64,000 nt of DNA from Carcharhinus longimanus. Its lineage: Eukaryota. This document shows positions 1-13,080 of the stretch, piece after piece (the first letter of the stretch is position 1; the number at the start of each line of letters is the position of its first letter). The stretch is taken from the NCBI GenBank assembly GCA_030264375.1, contig JASCQW010000043.1:43081463-43145462 (forward strand). The letters are read 5' to 3'. A program made the translations under genes and the position numbers. The notes under the pieces were generated by a model. The model was given only the letters and a program-made list of their open reading frames with translations, was not told the DNA's origin and did not search any database.

Positions 1-99
1 TATCACCCTGTCTGCCATGGGAATCGGAGTGGGCGAAGTCCATTGACCTCAAGCTGGATTTTGCAGTCTCAGGTCAAGCGAGGCCATAAAATCCCACCC
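1..99. mobile_element. Partial MITE, same family as 50346-50472
   Basis: gccatgggaat..aagtccattgacctcaagctggatttt..aaaatcccaccc. Confidence 0.65.
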
Positions 100-3000
100 A
101 AAGTATTAGGTTTGCGTTTAATGTCAGGCAGATTGTGGGCAGTTGCAAGGCAAAATGCACGAGTTGGAAAAGTCACTTATTTCTTCAGAATTGAGGCCCG
201 GTCTAGTGGACCTCGTTTAGATTCCAGCAACAGATTGCCCCAGATGGTCCCAGTGCCAAATGGTTATTCTGGAGGCTACCCACTGCCACCTGGTAGATAA
301 GAACAATGGCTTCCAGGACCATCTCGCAAGGGCCATGCATTCAGGAAGGAATCACAACAGGGAAGATCTCAGCTTTCCAGGTGGTGCCCAGAGGAATGCT
401 TCTACTTCACTATTTGGCAATTGCATTGCAACTTTATTTGCAATGTGGTTTTACTTGATTTACAGATATGATTCATGAATAACTTTGTACAGTCCACTTG
501 GAATAGATTTCAAGGTTTGCCAGTACTAAGTCAGCTGATCAAACTGAATTTTGGCATACTCCTACGTAACAGCTGTTCAATGCAATATATAGTTTTAATG
601 GATTACTGCACTGCACATCATTTGGGAATGAGTGTGATTCATGGGTTCAGGTCTTTTCGATTGATGTCAGATTCTTACTGTAAGCTTCACTACACTTTTA
701 TATGTCCATTTTCTTGAAGCACAATGACTGAAAGCATCGCACGAGCAGCAAGAAAACACTCACCTTGTCATGTTATTTTGCTGAATACTTAACAAATATT
801 TACACCTGCTTGAGAGTGACAGTCTTCATTAAGTCAAGTTTCAACATCTGTAGTCGGTCATGTGTGTTAGGCACGGCTGGCATGACGATGCATGACTATT
901 CCAGTGGTAAATGGTTCTATGGTTTTCTATGGTAAATGCATCCGGTCTGCTGGTATCATTTTGTGTGCGATGCGATATCTCAATTTTAAGATCATTGCTA
1001 CTTTAATGAACTTTTAATTCATAGTTAGAGACCTGGTTCTTCTAAGAACCTGCAATCGTCGTCAATTTGGCACTCTGCTTAAAAATTCCCAGATTCCATG
1101 CTGCTCCACATTTCTCCCAGAGCCTTCCAAGCCCAGCTTTTCCAGAAATGTGGAGCACAATGTCTGCTGGGGTATTCCCTCAAAGCAGAGTAGGATTGGG
1201 GAAGAGGGCACGCCTTCTTTTTATGGCACTAGCTGCCATCTAGTTCGTTGAATGTCGTGAGTAGATGAGTGAATAGGTGAGAGATGAAAGAGTGAATGGG
1301 TCGCAATGTACGGTGGGTAAGTGGGTAAATGGGTGAGGTGGGTCAGTAGATAGTGTTGGAAGGGTATGTGGATAAATGGGTATGCATAGGTGGATGAGTG
1401 GGTAAGAGAGTGATTTTGATTTGATGTGAATCGTGTAAGAGGGTGAAGACAGAGGTGAGTCAGTGGGTGGGAAAGTAGATTGGGTGGATGTTTGCCAGGG
1501 GCTAGTCAGGTATGGTTGGAGGGTGGGTTGGGTGGCCAAGGGGTTAGTTGAATCAAGTTGGGGTTAGTCAGATTGGGTTGAGGGGCAGTTGGAGAGTCAG
1601 GTCAGATCAAGGGTAGTTATGTGGTCCGGGGTAATCAGGGAGCCAGGGAGTTGATTTGAGGTTAATTGTGGGGGTTAGTGTCAGTGATGAGGGGTGAGTT
1701 TTATAGTACCTAGGAGTTGGAGAATGATTTTGTGCCCGCATTCTTCATCGCTGAGAATGGTAATGGAGGCGCAGAATACCATGAGTCAGGAAAAAGAAGT
1801 CTCACTGAGGAACAGGAACCATTCCAAGTTTCTGACTCTAATGCAGAGTCAGTGACATTTGTGGAGGATCCTAGGAACAGGAATATCTCCCATCAGAAGT
1901 CGAGGGAAATTGTCTCCTAAGATCTCGTTTCCCACTTTTCCTCGACAGTGACATAACTGAAATACATTTTAATTAATCTGTACATCATTAAAGGGCCAAA
2001 TCATCACATGATCTGCCTCACTGAATATTCAAACCTTGCCCCCGTCACGTCAGCAAGGTTCACAACAGCTTTATGAAGGTGGTGAATAGTCAAGGGGATC
2101 TTGCCAGGGTTGCCAAGATAAGTATAGTCCTCAGTGGGAGAGGGACATGCCCAGGAAGTGCCCTACCAGCCTATGCCAACCAGGCAATCCAACCTGTGCC
2201 AGTTGCAGTGCCAGGGCAGGCCTTCTAGGTTGTCCAGTTGGAGGAGGGGGGGGGGGGAGGTGGAGTTCCATTATGTGTGGGTGGGGGACTTGGCAGCGAT
2301 GGGGAGATGGGCCAGTCAGTCAGTGGGGAGCACTGGTGATACTGCACAGTGGTTGCTGGTTGTGTGTAATTGTGATGGGGTAGGGAGGTGAAGAGAGCCT
2401 TCGATATCTTTGTAGTGGTGGGTGGAGGGGGGGCAGGGTGCTGACAGTAGTCTCACCTCAGTTTAGATCAAGGTACCCTTTAAAGTTGGCACCCTGATCT
2501 CTGTGAAGCCAGCCTCACCAGCTCCATCAGGCCCCACCCTGCCAGACTGAGAGCATAAATCAAACCTTACCTCTCCCCTCACGCTTCCATCTTGCTATCT
2601 TTTAAGTAACCGCATTGTCACATCCTCACCTGACCACTCGGTCTACAGGAACCGCTCCAAGTTTCTGATTCTAATTCAGAGTCAGCAACATCAGCCGAGG
2701 GGCCCACGAACAGGAATATCTCCCATCAGAAGTCAAGGGGAATTTCCAATCAGAAGCTGAAGCTTCCCAGGCAAATCCTATGTAGGTCAGCACATAAGGA
2801 TTTCCATAGGTACTCAATGTACATTTTAGGTTATACATCCAATTCTGATGATCCAGAGACCAGAAGATTTGGTCCACACTTACAGACTGTGAAATTGCGC
2901 TGATTTGATAATACACATCAAAATACACTGATTTCATGTTTATGCAAATTAATTCACTATTACACAGAATGAGTAGGTTCAGTGATTTGGTATTTTACTG

Positions 3001-5734
3001 CCATGAAATTTTCTCCTAAAGCTCTCATCACTTTTGCTAGCTGTTTCTGAGGTTACCATTAATTTTCCCTGGAAATAGTCACCACCAGATTCTGACACCC
3101 CTGCATCGTGAGTGAGAGCAAGAACTGGCAGGTATCATGCAAGATGTGTTGAAAATAGCGTCAGGGTGTCTCATTCATACTTCACCCTATTTTCTGTTAT
3201 TGAATTCAGGATAGCCAAAGGGGAGAAATCTGACAGTAATTTTTTTCCCAATTTTTTCTAGAATTCTGTTTTGAAAGATTTGTGAGGACCTTTACTACTA
3301 CATATAAAATTGTTTTTCCTTTCTTGGCCACCAAGCTTTTCAAATCTCGTTGCAGCAGAGACGAGAGCTACACCATCTGCTGCTTTGCCACCACCGACAG
3401 TCCCTTTAACAACCCTGGATATTAGTCAGGTTGTCCCAGACTTGATTTTCCCTCCATTTTTCTTTCTCCCATGCTGGGAGGAGCTGCAACTGCTATTCAA
3501 GAGAATGCATTGAGACTCAGACTTACCAATCTGTGACACTGAACTTCAGTTCATGCCAAGCAATATCACAAAGCGTCATAAAAGTTAGCAAACCTGGACC
3601 GATGTGCATTTCTTCCTGGCCTTTTGTATTTGTTATTTTTCAAGAAGAGCACAAATTAGTCAAACCAAGTGAACCAAGACAATTGCAGCTGATACATTTC
3701 TAACGTGTGCTCTTGGCAATGAAAACAAAGGCAACGTTTCGGTTGTATCATATCTGAAATAACACCATGGACAAAGCTCGAATATATAACAAAAGCAGTT
3801 AAATCAGAGGCTTTACAGACTGGGGAAAAAGTTCAAATGATGAACAAAATCTTAATTCGAGACAAAATGTTCTCGTCAGAGAACATAAATTGGTCGAAGG
3901 AATTAATTTAAAATACAGTGCAGGCTTTCTCTGCTTATCAGCACAGACCTTCTTCCCATTGTTCCCCCATCCACCCCCACCCCCTATTGTGTAAGCTTTA
4001 TCGTTTTAGTATTCCTTTGCTCTGTTTACTTCTTTTAAAAATAAAAAGATGCTTGTTCAATCTCACATAAACCTGATGTTTACTCGTATTGAAAATGTCT
4101 CGTCAGAAATGCTCAAGGGATTACAGAAATGCAGCGTGTTTCTTTCACATTAAAGCATGATAATACATCAAAACTTTGTACAATGTTGTCACAGTGACAT
4201 ATTAAGTATATGTTGAAGTATCAAGAAAATGTCATATTAATATGTCCCACAGTCAAGTAGTATAAAGTGGCATGAAATTCTACAATGTAAATAATATTTG
4301 TGTGCCAGTCTTCTATTTTAATTCGGCAAAGGATTTAAGTAATAAAATTATATTCTAAATAATTGGACTGCTGCTTTGTGATCGTACTTTATTCTAATCC
4401 AGGGGTTTGAAGTGTGTTTGGAACTACTGCTCTTTAATTGCATATGCCATGTGGCTCATTTGAAATAAAGATTTTAAATAATTTGGTGATTGTAATTTTT
4501 TAAATTGAGTTTTTTAAGTACCAGATGTATTGTTTCACAGATGTAAAATCAAGTGCCCAAACCAAGCTAATGCGCTTGGTTCTTTTGCATGTGTCAGCAC
4601 TAATGGAAGCAGCCTTTTATGAAGTGCCGAATGTGAAGACATTGCTGAACTGACTAGTTTCAGTTTTGATGAATGCTGTTCGTTTTTCTGGAATAAGGTA
4701 CAAAGGGAGACTTCAAATCGGCCTGAACTTCAAGCCGAGGTTAATGCTATTCTCTTTTAGGCTGAACCACCCACTTTGCTTAAGGTCACTAACTGGGGCC
4801 AATCTAGCGCAGAGGGGCTGCTGCAAACTTGGCATCTCCTTGATTAGGCTCCCTGCTGATCTAATACACATACCAGCTCACTTGCCAAGTCAAATAACAC
4901 ATTTAGTGAATTCGAAATAAGATTTAAGTGGGTCGGAACAATGCGGCTGTCCTCTCATCTTTTTACAGAATCCTTCTCTTTGTGTGACAATAGTATTTCA
5001 CATTGTTGAGCAAGTGAATGTGTAATATNNNNNNNNNNNNNNNNTTGAAAACAGGTCAATTCAATGTCGGGGCTGAAACCTCCTCCTCCTGACGGAAAGG
5101 CCCTGCTGCCGTGCTGGTTACATCATCCATTAATTGTACAAGAGTTGAACAAAAACTTGTTTTGTGCGGAGTTTTAAAAAAAATACAACAATCGCCAGAG
5201 CTGAGGAATGAAGCTACTTACAACTGTCAAAGGAGTTTACCTTAACCAGATTTTAACTTATCACTGCACTGGCACCATTAAATTCTGTAACAGGGAAAGC
5301 ATTTAAGATCACCCAAAAATAATCTATTGCTGCACAGAAATAATTTTAATAATATGTTAGGGAATTATTATTCTCCTGCAAAATGGGACATGCTTCCAGT
5401 ATCTATTTTGCCATCACACTTCTATATCCTTACACCTAGAAAATAGAATATCCTGTTATTCACTGTATAACATCACGTACGATGCGGTGTTATTATATAT
5501 CAGGATTGTGCATGATCACTGATTTTATATTTGCAGACTGTGAAACGGCACTGATTTGATAACGCACATCAAGTTACGTTGGTTTCATAGTCATACATGT
5601 AGACTGCAAAGTCAAACTTATTTATTATTATGAAGACTGGGTGATTTGATATTATGCATTGATAAATGCCTGCCATAAAATTGTTTCCCAAAGCTCCATC
5701 CAGCTTTTCTTTTGAGAGCTGAATTGATTGAAGT

Positions 5735-5935
5735 ATGTAAGATCCTGAATGGTCTTGACTCGGTGGACACAGTTTCCTCTTGTGGGTGAGTCCAGAACTA
5801 AGGACCACTGTTTTAAAATTAGGGGTCACCCTTTTAGGACAGAGATGATGAGAATTGTTTCTTTCTCTCAGAGGGTTGTGCAACTTTGGAACTCTCCGTC
5901 TCCGAAGACAGTGGAAGAAGGGTCACTGAATATGA
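5735..5935 (+). mobile_element. CR1 LINE 3' fragment
   Basis: FPLVGESRTKDHCFKIRGHPFRTEMMRIVSFSQRVVQLWNSP. Confidence 0.8.
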
Positions 5936-5999
5936 CACCCCTGGCTGGTGAGTGAGCACAACTGGCAGAATCCATGCAAGACGAGATAAATATAATTAC

Positions 6000-6191
6000 C
6001 AGAATTCTCCAGCCGGAGTTTCTGGATCTGCCAGCTGCGCATCCCTTCCCGTGGGTTTTCCAGTGTCGTGGAGTGACTTCAATGGGAAATCCCATTGTAC
6101 AGTGGCAGGACCAGAGAATCCGCCAGCAGTGAAAGGCACACCATCTCCCAACACTGAGAAACATGAGCTGGAAGGTCGAAGAATCCTGCCC
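6000..6191. mobile_element. Harbinger-type MITE
   Basis: cagaattctcc..ttcaatgggaaatcccattg..gaagaatcctgccc. Confidence 0.6.
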
Positions 6192-6290
6192 AGTATAAGG
6201 GTGCTACTTGCCTCATCTGACCTTAATTTGGATGTAAGCCTGAGTCTCCATCTTGACAAGTGGTGTACGCATGAGTCCAGAGTAAAAGAA

Positions 6291-9200
6291 TGGAACAAAG
6301 AACAGTACATCTCAGGAACAGATCCTTCCAGGCCCACCAAGTCTGTGCCGACACTGATGCCTCTCTAATCTAATATTCTCTTGCCTCAATGTGGTCCATG
6401 TTCCCCCTCTGTTCCCTGCCTATTCATGTATTGATCCAAATGCCTCTTGAATGCTGTTATAGAATCTGCTTCCACCACCACCTCCTCCGGCAGTGTGTTC
6501 CAGGCATTCACCACACTCTGTATGAAAAATTTGCCCCTTACATCTCTTCTAAACTTTCCCCCTCTCATTTTCAAGCTATGCCCCCAGGAACTGATCCTTC
6601 GACCCTGGGAAAAAGATTCTGATTATCCAGTCTATCCAAGCCTGTCATAATCTTGTAAACCTCTGTCTGGTTCCCCCCTCATCCTCTGATGCTCCAGTGA
6701 AAACAACCCAAGCTTGTTCAAACTTTCTTCATAGTCCATAGCCTCCAAATCAGGCAACATCCTGGGAAATCTCTTCTGCATCCTTTCGTATGCATCAACA
6801 TCCTTCCGGGAGTGCAGTGACTTGAATTGTACACAATACTCCAAATGCAGCCTAAGCAAAGTCTTATACAGCTGCAACATGGTTTTCCAATTTCTGTACT
6901 CAATGCCCTGACCAATGAAGGCCAGCATGCCATTCATCTTCTTAACCACTTTGTCTACCTGAGTTGCCACCTTCAGGGAATTGTGGATCTGCACACTTAG
7001 ATCCCTCTGTATGCTGATATTTCTAAGGGCTTTACCATTTATTGTACATTTCCCTTCTGCAGTAGACCTTCCAATTTGCATATCTCATATTTGCCAAGGT
7101 TAATTTCCATCTGCCATCTTTCAGCCCAGATCTCCAGCTGATTTATATCCTGCCGTATCCTCTGATAATTTCATTATCAGCTACTCCCCCAATTTTTGTA
7201 TCATTTGCAAATTTACTATATAGACTACCTACATTTTCTGCCAAATCATTTATATATATTACAAACAACAGAGGCCCCAACTGATCCTTGTGGAGCACTG
7301 CTTGTCACAGACCTCCAGTTAGAAAATTACTCTTCCACAGCTACCCTCTGCCTTCTATGCCAAAGCCAGTTTTGTATCCATCTTACCAACTCGCCTCGGA
7401 ATCCATATGACTTCACCTTTTGAAACAGGCTGCCATAAGGAACCTTATTGAAGGTTTTACTAAAGTCCATGTATACAACATCCACTGCCCTTCCTTGGTC
7501 CATATTTCTTGTCACTTTCTCAAAGAACTCAGTCAGGTTTGTGAGACATGACCTCCCCTTCACAAAACCATGTTGTCTATTGCTAAGGGATAGGATGTAC
7601 TCATCCACATGTGAGTACATCCTGTCCCTAAGAATCTTGTCCAACAATTTCCTCATCACAGATGTAAAGCCCACAACATTGTAATTTCCCAGATTGCTTC
7701 TTCCATCCTTCTTAAACGGAGGAACAATGTTAGCTTGTCCCCAGTCCTCTGATACCTCACCAGTGGTTAAAGAGGATACAAAGAGTTTGGCCAAAGCCTC
7801 TTGGCTCTCTCAGCATTCTGGGATAGACCCTATCTGGCCCTGAGGACTTGTCCACTTGAATATTTTTCAAAACACAGCGGCACAATAGTTAGCACTGCTG
7901 CCTCACAGTTCCGGGGTCCCAGATTCAATTCCAGCCTTGGGTCACTGTCTGTGTGGAGTTTGCACATTCTCCCCATGTCTGCGTGGGTTTCCTCTGGGTG
8001 CTCCAGTTTCCTNNNNNNNNNNNNNNNNNNNNNNNNNNNNNNNNNNNNNNNNNNNNNNNNNNNNNNNNNNNNNNNNNNNNNNNNNNNNNNNNNNNNNNNN
8101 NNNNNNNNNNNNGGAGTTTGCACATTCTCCCCATGTCTGCGTGGGTTTCCTCTGGGTGCTCCAGTTTCCTCCCACAATCCAAAGATGTGCTGGTTAGGTT
8201 GATCGGCCATACTAACTTACCCTTTAGTGACAGGGGGATTAACAGGTTGAGAATATGGCCTGGGTGGGATTGTGGTCGGTACAAACTCGATGGGCCAGAT
8301 AGCCTCCTTCTGTACTGTAGGATTCTATGACTATGACCCCTTCCCTTTTTATCTCAACATGTCCTAAGGTGTCAATATCCTCCTTTCTATACTCACCATC
8401 GAACACATGCTTCTTCTTTGTGAATACTGATGCAAAGTACTCATTAAGGGCCGCACCCACCTCATCTGGCTCCACGCACACATTCCCTCCACTGTCCTTG
8501 AGTGGACCTACCCTTTCCTTAGCTACTCTCCTCCTACTTATATAAGCATAAAAAACTTTGCGATTCTCCTTAATCCTTTCTGCCAAGGACATTTTATGGC
8601 CCCTTTTTGCCCTCCTAAATCCCTGTCAAAGTTCTTTCCTGCTATCTTTGTAGTCCTCAAGAGCCTTCTCCATTTTCAATTTCCTGAAAGTTATGTGTAC
8701 CTCTTTTTTCACTAAGCTCACAATTTCTTTTGCCTTCCAGAGTTCCCAAATCTTGCCATCGTAATCCTTCATTTTTGTAGGAACATACTTGTCCTGAATT
8801 ATTAACAACTGACTTTTGAAAGACTCCCACGTATCAGATGTAGATTTACCCTCAAACAGTTGCTCCCCCACCGCCCCAATCTACATTCCCTAATTCCTGC
8901 CAAATACTGTCATAGTCAGCCTTCCCCCAGTTTACGACTTTCATTCTGGGACTACTTCTTTCCTTTTCTACAAGTATCTTGACACTTAGAGAATTGTGAT
9001 CACAGTTCCCAAAATGCTCCCTCCCCCACTGAGACATCAATCATCTGTCTGGGCTCATTTCCCAGAACCAAGTCTAAGGTAGCCCTTTCCCGAGTTAGAC
9101 TATCTACATATTGCCTCAAGAAGTACTTCTGGAACACTGAACAAACTTTGCCTCATTCAAGCCCTGACACTGAAGGAATCCCAGTCTATTTTGGGGAATT

Positions 9201-11090
9201 TAAAATTGCCCATCAAACGACCTTGTTGTTTTTACATCTTCCCATAATCTGCTGACATTTCAGTTCCTCCACTTCATGCTGACTTTTGGGAGGTCTATAG
9301 TACAACCCCAATAGTGTGATTGCATTGCTCCTGTTCCTGAGTTCTATCCATGTGGCCTCACTGCATGGTCCCTCCAAGGTGTCCTCTGTCTGTAGAACTA
9401 TGACATTCTCCCTAATCAGTAAATCAACACCTCCACCTCTTTTTTTTCATCCTCTCTATCTCACTTGAAGCATCTAAATCCTGAAATGCTAAGATGCCAT
9501 TCCTGTCCTTCTTTCATCCAAATCTCCATAATTGTCACAACATCATAGTTCCATGCAGTAATTCGAGCTTTAAATTCATCCATCTTGCCTATCATACTCT
9601 TTATGTTAAAGCAAACACACCTCAGACCATCTTTCCTGTCATGTTTTCTGCACTCTCCCTGAGTTTTATTTCTTTTGAGCCTCACTGGACTCATTCACTG
9701 AGTTCTCCACGTCTCTGTAATCTGGTCCTTTTTGATTTTTGTCTGGTTTCTCTGTCTTCCAGTTTTCCCCTTCCTACCTTTGGTTTCTGTACCCACTTCA
9801 CCTCCCTCTGGCTTCCTGCATCANNNNNNNNNNNNNNNNNNNNNNNNNNNNNNNNNNNNNNNNNNNNNNNNNNNNNCCCCTAGGACATTGGTTCCAGTCC
9901 TGCCAAGGTGTGGAAGGTCTGATTTTTAGTGGTCCCACCTCCCCCAGAACCAGTTCCAATGTTCCAGGAATTTGAACCCCCCCCTCTTTCACCATCATGT
10001 GCATCTTCGCTATCCTGACAGTCCTATTCTAACTAGCATGTAGTACTGGTAGCAATCCTGAGATTACTACCTTTTGAGGTCCTACTTTTTAGTTTAACTC
10101 CTAACTCCCTAAATTCAGCTTGTAGGACCTCATTATCTTTTTTACCTATATTGTTGGCGCCTATATGCGCCACAACAGCTGGCTGTTCACCCTCCCCCTC
10201 CAGAATGCCCTGCAGCCACTCTGAGACACCCTTGACCTTTGCACCAGGGAGGCAACATACCATCCTGGAGTTTCACTTGCGTCCGCAGAAAAGCCGATCA
10301 ATTCCCCTTACAGTTAAATCCCCTATCACTATAGCTCTGCACTCTTCCTGCCCTCCTGTTCAGCAGAGTCAGACATGGTGCCATGAACCTGGTTGCTGCC
10401 ACCTTCCCCTAGTGAGCCATCTCCCCCAACAGTATCCAAAATGGTATATCTGTTTTGAAGGGAAATGTCAGGGACCCCTGCACTGCCTTTCTATTCTTCC
10501 TCTGTCTGATGGTCACCCGTTCCCTGTCTCCCTCAGTGATTTTTATCTGTGGTGTCATCAACTCACTGAAAGGGCTATTCGCGACTTCTTCAGTATCACG
10601 GATGCTCCAAAGTGAATCCATCCGCCACCTCCAGAGCCATTAAGTGGTCTAATAGGAGACGCTGTTGGACACCCTCCTCGCACGTGAAGGAGCCAGGGAC
10701 ATTGGAAAGGTCCCTGAAATTCAACTTCGTATGAGAGGAGCATAACATGGGCCTGGGATCTCCTGCCATGGATTAATCCTTAAGTTAATTTACCACAACA
10801 TGAAGAGAAATGAGGAGAAAACATAAAACAAAAACTACTTTTGATTTCTTTCTACCTCTCACTTGCTCTTGAGTCTCCTTCACAGGTCCACCTCTCCACT
10901 CCTCCCGAAGGTGAGCACTTCTTCCCCTCAGCACTGAATTTCCAGTCACCTCCAAATTCCTGACAATACCAATCAGCTGCATCCATTGGTCTCATGCCAA
11001 TTTCTGACCAGTAATGTCTTTTTTTTTGGTCAGAGGAGGAGGAGGGAAACAGTAGTGTCCAGTTTCAGGCTTAATAACTCCTTGACACCA
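6291..11090 (-). mobile_element. Near full-length decayed CR1-clade LINE (HER1-like): ORF1 zinc-finger/esterase and ORF2 endonuclease-RT, frameshifted, with a nested SINE and a gap
   Basis: ORF fragments: QHGFVKGRSCLTNLTEFFE..AVDVVYMDFSKTFNKVPY (RT); QRDLSVQIHNSLKVATQVDKVVKK..LHLEYCVQF (ORF2 C-term); GLRCVCFNIKSMIGKMDEF..YDVVTIMEIW (APE); MVCCLPGAKVKGVSEWLQGILEGEGEQPAVVAHIG (ORF1 esterase). ORF1 ATG near 10769. 3' tail near 6291. Confidence 0.92.
7878..8335 (+). mobile_element. HE1-like V-SINE (CR1-type tail), nested in the CR1 LINE, with a gap
   Basis: tRNA-like head ggcacaatagttagcactgctgcctcacag, V-domain gtgtggagtttgcacattctcccc, tail ggattctatgactatga. Confidence 0.9.
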
Positions 11091-11199
11091 GTTCTTCCGC
11101 TTCCCACTTTTCAGTAGAAGTGACTGCGCTGACTTCTGCCAGAATGCACCTCACTGAAGTCTGTCTGCCACCTCTGCTGGATGAGAGATCAAGAGAATT

Positions 11200-11950
11200 G
11201 ATAGGGAGGGTGAAGCCAGAAAGAGATTTAAGTGTAAGGACAAAATGTATTAATCTGATCAACTGGATGACCAGGAGCTAATCTAGGTCAGTGAGAACAG
11301 GCGGAAGAACTTGTGGGATGCGTATGACAAAGAATAGTGGCAGTTGAGCTTTGAATGGGTTTAATTTACAAAGGTTGGAAAATAAGAGGCAGGCTAGGAG
11401 AACATTTGAAATAATCTGCTGTGGACATGACAAGGGTAGGGATGAGGTTTTCTTTAGCATATAATCTAAATTGGCTTGAAGATGGAAGCAGGCAGTACAT
11501 AAATTGAAGTATCTATGGGACTGAAGGCTCTGCTCTGGACACCAAGGTTATGAGCAACCTGTTACAACATGAGGGAATATGTGGACCCGAGCAGAGATAG
11601 AATCAATGGGTAGCATATGGAGTTCATGGTGAGGATTGAAGATGATGACTTTGGTCTTCCCAATGATTTATCTGGAGGTTAAGTGTGGCTGATCTAAGAC
11701 TGGATGTTGGACAAGCAATTTGACAACAGAGGCAGTGAAGGATCCAGAGGAACTGCTGGACAGATATATCTGGGTGTTATGGGTACATATATGGAAGTGG
11801 ACCCATGTCTTCAGATGGCACGTCAATTGTGTGATATCAAGACAATAGAGGACAGAGCCAAATGTGGAATCTCTGGGCGACTATTGAGGTTATGGTGTGA
11901 GGAGGAGGAGAAGAGGATTTGTTGTTGCCGGGTCACTGTCTGGTCCTCAT
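11200..11950 (-). mobile_element. Old L2-clade LINE RT fragment
   Basis: Reverse strand gives degenerate RRHGSTSIYV/HNTQIYL..LDPS..LSNCLSNIQS..IGKTKVIIF, resembling the L2 RT C-terminal half. Confidence 0.65.
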
Positions 11951-12099
11951 AACATGCACCTATAATGTTGAAAAAAAACAGAGGGTCTGATCACATCATC
12001 CTTGATGTGGAAGTGGTAGCAGAGGACTGGACTGTTGCCAATTTAACTTCTTCATCCAAAAAATGATAAACTAGCCAGCTATAAATCAGTCAACCTAGC

Positions 12100-13080
12100 A
12101 TTATTTTGTTGATAAACTTTTGAGAGTCTATAATACATGATAGAACACACATGGAAAGGTAACGGGTTAACTGAGAGCTGGATTTACAAAAACAAGTCTG
12201 AAAAATGTAACAGGCCTTTGGGAAAATAACAGACTGTATTGATAAGAGCAAATGTAGTGCATATTGTGTAATGGATTTTCAAAAGGTGTTTGGTGAAGTG
12301 CTGTGTAGGAGTTTTTTTTTAGATTAAAAAGATGCATAAAATGAAAGGAATATGGAAGCATAGACAGGAATGGTTAATTATTTTTTTACACCAGAGGATG
12401 TAAACAATATCAACTTTTGCTGATGACACAAAATGAGGAAACATAATTAACCCTGAAAAAAAGGAAGTAATTTGCATTTATTATTGTACCTTTCTTGACC
12501 TCAGGATGTCCCAAAGCATTTCACAGACAATGAATCACTTTTGAAGTGAGGTAACTGTTATATTTTGGGAAATTGTGGCAAGCAATTTGTACATGGCAGG
12601 GTCCCACAAACAGCAATGAGATAAGTGATCAGATAATAGGGTAGAAATTAGAGGTTGTTGTGTCCGTACAAGCATGAAATGGGACCACTGGCAATCTATT
12701 TCAGAGACCAACGTCCTGCAGCCCAAGGGTGACTGAAAGGCATCTGACCTGAAATTGGGTCAAGCAAATTTTTGTGTACTGCCCCTGGAGGCTGCCTAAC
12801 ATCAGTGTTTTACAAAACAACACTCCGGGTGGAAGACAGAAGAAGATGTGCTCTCAGCAACAAATAGAGAGGATTAGAGAAAAATTTTCACTCAGAATAG
12901 TTGGAATAATATAATTCCTTACCAAATAAGGTGATGGAAGTATAATATTTGAAATTAAAATTAATATATATTTTAAAAGAACCATTTTAAATAGTACAGA
13001 CAATGGCAGGGAAATGTCTCAGTCAGCCCAGGTACATTGGACCATAGTGTCTCCTTCTGTACTAAATATTCTATGATTCT
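12100..13080 (+). mobile_element. Very old CR1 fragments interrupted by a DeuSINE-like insertion
   Basis: Degenerate MDFQKVF and FADDTK motifs at 12270-12435. 3' tail ..ctccttctgtactaaatattctatgattcta near 13050-13080. Confidence 0.5.
12468..12720 (-). mobile_element. SacSINE1/DeuSINE-like 3' part
   Basis: ttgcatttattattgtacctttcttgacctcaggatgtcccaaagcatttcacagacaatgaa..cccacaaacagcaatgagataa. Similar copies at 20355-20610 and 62065-62230. Confidence 0.7.

Noticed and set aside
7955-8170. Identical 58-bp sequence on both sides of a 100-N gap, looking like a tandem SINE duplication
   Set aside because: Exact overlap across a placeholder gap is a typical unmerged contig overlap. It also shows that 100-N gaps here have unknown true size.
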